From contig OY740797.1 in the NCBI GenBank assembly GCA_963514005.1, positions 12,772,001 through 12,836,000 on the forward strand: a stretch of DNA of 64,000 nt, in the 5' to 3' direction. The notes under the pieces are model-generated. The model was not told the DNA's origin, did not search any database, and saw only the letters and a program-made list of their open reading frames with translations. Within the stretch, counting starts at the first letter, position 1; each line of letters opens with the position of its first letter. The DNA comes from Raja brachyura. Lineage: Eukaryota. The position numbers and the translations under genes were made by a program. Below, in pieces: positions 57,319 through 64,000 of this stretch.

Positions 57319-60227
57319 TTACATGTAGATTGCAGTCTTGCTTATTGCTAATGTTTTCAAATAGCTTAATATTGTACAATTGATTTTAATTATGGGAATA
57401 TGGTTACATGAGAAGACCATTTCTGGAAATCTTCAAAACAACATCAATTATATGCTTAAATAAAACTGCCATTTATTTTAAGGCGGAATATACGTGAACC
57501 ATGAAAAATGCAAGTTAAAAGTCACTCTGATAGTATAACATGTCTAATTATAGATTCAAATTGTCATATTGTAGTAATTCTGTGCTAATAAGAGGATATG
57601 ACATGTTAGTTGTCAACAGAAAGCTTGAAGAAAGATCCTTCAGCCCTTTGAGTCTGTTGATCATTGAGCACCCATTTAGAAAAAAAAACACTAAACCTAC
57701 CCTGACACATTTTATTCTGCCCATATTTTAGGCCTTGAGACTAAAAATATGGGCAGAACTGTTCATGTGGTTTAGTAGGTTAATCTGATACCTAATTTTC
57801 ACCCAAAAATTGCATCTTTGACATTGATGACACCCACTTCTTTAGCCAGATTCTTGCTACTTAAATTTTATACCCAGGTATATGCTGGGTTATCTCAGCA
57901 GCCAGCAATTTAATATTTATCCATGCAAGTGTCAGCAGTTTTTGGGACAATTAACCTGTCGTCCAAAAATGGAAGTACTGAATTTATAGATTCCTGCTGG
58001 CAAGTATGTTACATTGCTACACATGTCAGATGCATTCAGATTAAGTATGATAAATGAAGATCTCCCAGAAGTCATTCCATCTCTTGATAGATAACCTTAC
58101 ATATTTCAAATTATTTGCTCCGATTTTGATTGAGAAGGGAATACTTTATTGTCACATGTGCCTAAGCAGTGAAATTCTTTGCTTGCATACCCAATGTATA
58201 CAAATAGCAGCCACCTACGATGCTGACGAAGTTACTCCTCCCCACCCCCTCCCACAGCGGTCTCCCCCACGCCAGGTCCCCTTAAAGTGTGGTTTAAAAT
58301 TTCTCTCATTAATTGATTCTCCAACAAAATAGTAAGCAACTCTTCATTTGTGTGAATTGTTCAGTTTCTGTGTTTCAGTCATGTTGCTTTCTTCTGTCTG
58401 AAGATGCTGTGTTATGTCAGAATGGTTGCAACGAGCATCTGAAAAAGGTGCTCCACACAATTGGCATGCGACCTGCATGTTAACCACTTCACACGGAAGA
58501 GGGGGGGGGGATATATAGAATGAGTTGCCGGAGGAGTTAGTTGAGGAAGAAACTACAACATTTTAAATACATTTGGACAGGTACATGGATAGGAAAGGTT
58601 TAGAGGGATTTAGGATCAAAAGCGAGCAGGTGGGACTAGTGTAAATGGCATTTTTACACAATTTTATAAATAACCAGTCAAACTTATCATTTGTGGTTAT
58701 GGATGGTAGTATTAATACTTTTTCATTCCAGCATCCTAATCCCAAAAATCACTGTCCCTTTTTTATCCCTTTCTCTTTGGGATAAAAAGTGACTTAAAAA
58801 AAAAAAGCTCAGCATGTCAAATCAGCCGTGTCTGGAACAGTGCACTCGGACCATGTGGAAATAAACACTATTGCCACCAGATGATCTTGGGGAAATTACA
58901 TTTCTTCCCCAATATATTTTTCTATTTCTCCTTCTTTCCTCCTTTACACATTGTTTCTGAACTGAGTTTCTGGTCTTGTATACATTGAAGAAATTATAAA
59001 ATTAAATTTTTGTGACTTGTTTTTTTAATACTGTACAAAACAACACTAAAATTAACATTTGTAACTTTTAAGTACTGGACATTTTTTAAAAAAATCAAAA
59101 ATTGTCAGCTGAATCCTTGACATGTTGCGGCTTACAATTCTTACTTGTCGTAGCTAACTTCAGTGTTAAAATGAACCCAGATATTAAAATATCTGTCCAG
59201 AGATTTAAGTGCACATTATCTAGCATAGCACAGAACTGATCATTAAACAAAATAAGATTTATTTGCTGAAACCACTGTTATCTCCTTCCATTTCCTAACA
59301 GCAGTAGAATTTAATGTTCCACGTACACAACAGCTTCCTAACTCATCTAGAAGACCATTCTTCATTCACAAAAGTAAGCAGTGAGGCTGCAGAACTATGG
59401 CGGCAAATAGCTTGGTGTAGTACACTTTAGAGATAGTATTTATCCAGGAATGTGCATCTTCAAGTGAGATTGAATAACTCAAACAGATCAGAATCAGAAA
59501 TGATACTATCCAGGTTTACTAACACCATGTGATTCATTTATCCATAGCTAATGGAGAAATCCCATATGCATCTCATTTAAAAAAATGTATATCAAACTCA
59601 GAAAGTTTCTTAATTTGGATAAAATGCAAAATCGGACAAAAGGAAATCCTTCAAACTAAGATCAGAATTAAGATCAGCTTTATTGCAACTTTGAGAGTTA
59701 ATGCATTAATAGAATTAATTGGATGATAACAAAAGGAAATATTTGGATGTTTCACAACTGGCAGCAGAACTGTATGCAACTAAATGTAGGTTGAGATTTA
59801 CCTTTGTTAGTAATTCTGTGCGATACAATATTGCACTAAAATAACTAAGAATTACTAAATTTCTCAGCAAGCCAAGCAGAAAAGTTACTGAGTTTATTAG
59901 AAATATAGATCACTAGAATATATAAAAGATATAATTAAATGCAATGAACAGCCTAATGAATTATAAAAGATTTTGTGGAGTCGGATAACAAATTCTCACT
60001 AATTAATACTTCAAAAATTCTAATTAACATGATTTACCTTGTAAACTAAAAAAAACAACTTCAATTATCTGAAGTTAAATAGAATTATTCCAGTTATACT
60101 ATGTAGAGGATATTATTGACACAGGAGGGATAACTCAATTCAGGTAACATTTTACTGAATGAGACACAGGCTTTCCTTAAATATTTGCAACATTTTACCT
60201 AAACTATACATAATGTCTAGTATCATA

Positions 60228-60654
60228 TCATATTATACATAATTTAAAACTGTGTGTGTGTGTGTCATTTTGCCTTTGAAATGTATCTCCCCAAAAACCA
60301 GATGCAGAAACGGGGAAATCTTTACATATTTCAGTAGAGATTTTCCTTGTGACTTTAGAAATCCACTCGTCTGTACATTTGGTACATTATTTCCCTGACC
60401 TTTTTATTAAAATTGTTGACCAATCTGACCTTTTCTGCCCAGCTGCTGACGTTACAATAACAATGAAATCTTTACATCTTCTGGTAGAATTGTTCCTTAT
60501 GATTTCAAAAATCCAATCCTCTATAAATTTCCCTCGCCACTCTCCCCCACTCCTCTCCCCCCGTGTGTGTGGGGGGGTGGTTAGTGTGTGTGACGCCGCA
60601 GCCCCCCCCCCCCCCCCCCCGCAACCGCACGTTGAAGGGACCCACTTGGTCTAG
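60228..60654 (+). mobile_element. Non-autonomous Helitron C
   Basis: A|TC start with (TG)n; 3' end CGCAACCGCACGTTG...CCCACTTGGTCTAG|T homologous to the 3' end of Helitron A; hairpin partly deleted. Confidence 0.7.
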
Positions 60655-61416
60655 TATTTTACAAATATTGGTTATGGAGGTCAGTAAATTAGGAATACAA
60701 AATCAAAATTGTGAAGATTTTATTTTTTATTTATTTTTCAGAAAATGTAAGCAATAGCATTGCAATGCCATAAAAATTACTTTTGCAGTAATTTAGTGAA
60801 CATTTAACAACATGTTCACATATAGCTCTTCTCTTTATGCTGGCAGCTTCATTGGATATCTTTAACCGGTTTGCTTGTAAGTACGATTACAGGTCATTTA
60901 AAATTAGCAATCTTTCTCAAAGTAGGCAGTGCAGTTAGTGGCAAAGTTCATAGACAAATTTTGTAATTGGGGCTAAGACATTATTTGGGCTAAGTTTGGG
61001 AAGGATAATTCAGTCAATGATGCTGCAACTCATTTGAGAGTTCTGAATGTCAACCGTTAATATCAGAAGTGCTTAATACAAGCATGAATCAATTTGATGA
61101 TATCTAAAAGTTGTTTGGAGTCTCTTCAACCATGTGCTTTTACCTCTGACAATGAAATGACAATGAAAAACTAAAAAACAAATTGAAAATAGTAATTAGG
61201 TAAATATTTGATCGCTGGATTATCTGATGCAATTTTCCTCTCAAAGGAAAAGTTTCTGAACTCGTGAAAGTTTGAAGAGTTTATAAAATAGTTTTATTTC
61301 GACATTTGATCTTCATAAAAGTGAAACATTTCTACTTGCTTACATAGATCTATAGTTTATAATTTAGCGATCAAAAGCAAGTAGTTTGCTGAGACAGTCG
61401 CTTTTATACATGCGGC

Positions 61417-61540
61417 CTATTTTTTAGGAATCATCTTATTCCCGCTGACAGCCATTGGAATTAGCTTTTCTCTGCATTCCATAGATAGATGGTTTTCAAT
61501 GAGGACATTCAATGGCATCTTGGCAGTCACAAAACCCTGT
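61417..61540 (-). CDS. CENPT: CENPT last exon, histone-fold C-terminus (QGFVTAKMPLNVLIENHLSMECREKLIPMAVSGNKMIPKK*)
   Basis: TTTCTTAG acceptor on - strand, TAG stop; resembles human RQGLVTDQVSLHVLVERHLPLEYRQLLIPCAYSGN. Confidence 0.93.
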
Positions 61541-62162
61541 CTAAGAAACATTTATAAAAAGAGAGAATTTAGCGACAAGTTCAATATATGGACCCTAAAT
61601 ACATTCTCTCAGATCAGTTAAGGATTCTTACATTATTTTATAAGATGGCCACGGTGTAAATGCCAGTTAGATCCGTTTTTTTTGCACACGCAAACCAACT
61701 ACAGACGTTCCAAGTTTGCAATAATTAACATTGTATCACAACTCACTGGAGCCCTAGAACAATTAAGTCCAGCAGCATTCATGGTGCTGGGATGAACCTA
61801 CAGTATTGCTCAGTATTGCTGTACTGAGGCATAGCCATGTCTATCTTTCTTGGCTACAACGTAACTTTCGGCCTCCTAGACGCAGGTAAATTTTTGTGCC
61901 TTATTTTTGGGTATAAAATAGCATCTTCATTGCCAGGAAATATGGTATTAGAAAGTGAACTGTTGCAATTTGACTGTACCTGCTCCTATTTTCAGTGTGA
62001 GATTATTTGATTGTTAACAATATACAGTAGCCTCGTCCCTACACTAATCCTTAATAACTGAACAAGATCAGAAAGTACCCAGTGAAAAATAATGAAGCTG
62101 GTTGCAGAATAAACTGGTTTCAGTGAACTGGCTGTTTATCATGACTTGATTCAAACCCTCAC

Positions 62163-62267
62163 CTTTTCATTAGCAGTTCCAAGTCTTCTTTTTCAATGGT
62201 TCTTCTTTTAGCGTGTTTGCTGTAAACATCCATATCATCACAGAGCTGTTTGAAATACAGCTCCAGG
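62163..62267 (-). CDS. CENPT: CENPT exon (LELYFKQLCDDMDVYSKHAKRRTIEKEDLELLMK)
   Basis: TTGCAG acceptor, GTGAGG donor; resembles human LDKYFQHLCDDLEVFAAHAGRKTVKPEDLELLMRR. Confidence 0.95.
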
Positions 62268-62370
62268 CTGCAATAAAAAGGCATTTGTAAAAACAGCAGA
62301 GGCATTACCATTATAATGAAAATTAATATTTGAACAATTTGCAATATTTTGTGCATAAAGCTCCACTTAC

Positions 62371-62523
62371 CACTGGTTAATTGCTCCAAATGCCTCCTTC
62401 TTCACTCTCATTTTGGCATAGTGGTTAAACACAGACTTCACAAAACTGCTTGGCAAAACTGTTTTCTTTCGATTTAGTTTTGGCTTTCTTGGATTATTTA
62501 CTTTTGCAAGTGGTTTCTGTGCC
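62371..62523 (-). CDS. CENPT: CENPT exon (AQKPLAK...LPSSFVKSVFNHYAKMRVKKEAFGAINQ)
   Basis: CAG acceptor, GTAAGT donor, phase-compatible with the next exon; start of the CENP-T histone fold (F.HYAKM). Confidence 0.9.
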
Positions 62524-62684
62524 CTGATGAAAAGGGATGCAATATTTAACAACAGCACAAGCAACACTTTAAGTAATAAAGGACCTGATACATATAAAGC
62601 AGATTCAAAATCAAAGACATGTATTTCACATCTATACCATGTTTCCCAGTTCAATTGCACTTTACTAAGCATACATTTCTTTAG

Positions 62685-63160
62685 ATCAGAAGTTGACAGC
62701 CCGGCAAGCTGCGGCCATATCCCAACAGCAGGCCTGGCTTGGCCGCTGTGAATCCGGCAACCTGCCCGGAGAGGGATGCCGCAAGAGGAGGATGGAGGGA
62801 GATGGCAGTGGACGCTGGACAAAGGGCCCTCTAGGAAGAACTGGGAGAAGGGGGTAGGTGTTCTTACTTTCTGCCCCATCAAGGTTGGATGCGGGAGGTG
62901 CACCCCGGGGAACAAGGGCAGAAGAGGGTCGTGCAAGTAGAGGGACGACCGGAAGGGAGGAGACAGCTGCACGGGCCTTTGTGGCCATCTGCAACTGGGA
63001 CTGTAAAATGGCGCCAAGATGGCACCTCTTGCATACAGACCCAGTGGGCTGTTCTGTACTAACCAGGGGATTGTGCTTATGTATGGTGCTAGTCTTGCTG
63101 AGGTGTATGCAAAAAGGTATTTCACTGTAGCTTGGTACACGTGATATAAACCATTGAACT
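62685..63160 (+). mobile_element. Retroposon fragment with Rex1-like 3' tail in a CENPT intron
   Basis: GC-rich body, then TTTCACTGTAGCTTGGTACACGTGATATAAA tail shared with other copies (e.g. ~47000 and ~58140 on -). Confidence 0.5.
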
Positions 63161-63482
63161 CTCGTCAGGTTAGCCACAACAAAATAAACCCGATCGTTAT
63201 CTCTATCCATCCCAAGTATTTCTGTCGTCTTCCAAAGTGCAAAACCTAATGCACAACCACATTGGATGTGGACATTGATAATACCTTATCCAATGTAGAA
63301 AATACAAAAACATCTCTGTTAGAGAAGCACAGTGACAGAACATTCAATCTAATCTGCCTAAGAAGATGATATTTCATCATGAATTTGGAGAGCTCCTAAT
63401 GGGGCGAAGTGCATCGAACACTAACCACAATGAACACCAAAGGCAACATCAAAAAATCTTCTGTTATACCTGAAACTCTGAT

Positions 63483-63740
63483 TTTAGTTTTAGAGATACA
63501 GTGCGTAAAGAGGCCCTTCAGCCCACCAAGTATGCACCGATCAGCGGTCCCCGTGCGCTAACACTATCCTGCACACACTGGGGACAATTTACATTTATAC
63601 CAAGCTAATTAACGTACAAACCTGGACGTCTTTGGAGTGTTGGAGGAAACCAAAGATCTGAGAGAAAACCCATGCAGGAGAATGTATAAATTCCATACAG
63701 ACAAGCAGCCATAGTCAGGATCAAACCTTGGTTTCTGGTC
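63483..63740 (-). mobile_element. HE1-type SINE
   Basis: (TTTAG)n tail and core in reverse orientation. Confidence 0.78.
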
Positions 63741-64000
63741 TGGGTATCTGATTTAAGCATTGATATTTGATTCATTTTACTACTACTATACAAAAGGAAA
63801 GCCATTTCATCTTTTCTCTTAAGCAAAATTTGCGACACTCCAGGACACATTTCCACAATGTGGGTGTGTTTGGTGGGGGGGGGGGGGGGGAGTGTGTGTG
63901 GGGGCTGTGTGTAGGGAGGGGTTGTGGGGTGTGTGTGTGTGTGGGGGGGGGGGGGGGGTGCGTCCTTGTCATACCCCCCTTCTATCTATCTTCTGCTATA

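Noticed and set aside
62367-63140. 257-aa ORF as a single CENPT exon
   Set aside because: Only 62371-62523 is bounded by splice sites and CENP-T-like; the rest runs through intron and a retroposon fragment.
63760-64000. Further CENPT exon or another Helitron-like element at the window edge
   Set aside because: No convincing splice-bounded CENP-T-like frame; the sequence is G/TG low-complexity and truncated, so it cannot be classified.

Overview
Vertebrate genomic DNA, almost certainly from a cartilaginous fish (HE1-type SINEs, CR1/Rex1/L2 LINEs and Penelope-type repeats typical of skates, rays and sharks). The + strand carries 15 phase-consistent coding exons of TSNAXIP1 (7106-57285, about 652 codons; the start codon is not identified). 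The - strand carries the last three exons of CENPT (61417-62523), tail-to-tail as in human. The introns are packed with mobile DNA. The standout is a complete 5.4-kb DIRS1-like tyrosine-recombinase retrotransposon (41621-46999) with uninterrupted gag, RT/RNaseH/methyltransferase-like and YR ORFs, perfect ITR/ICR complementarity and ATT termini. Its pol frame has no usable ATG but is entered through an in-frame U_UUU_UUA slippery site followed by a hairpin, and a phase-matched donor/acceptor pair could splice out pol to express YR. This expression scheme is inferred, not shown. Also present: about 15 Penelope-type repeats with hammerhead-like cores, a ~1035-bp TIR transposon family with 7-bp TSDs, non-autonomous Helitrons (two in tandem, one adjoining a 1.75-kb G/A tract), and Harbinger derivatives. 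Repeat boundaries are approximate unless termini or TSDs are quoted, and family and gene names come from recalled motifs, not database searches.
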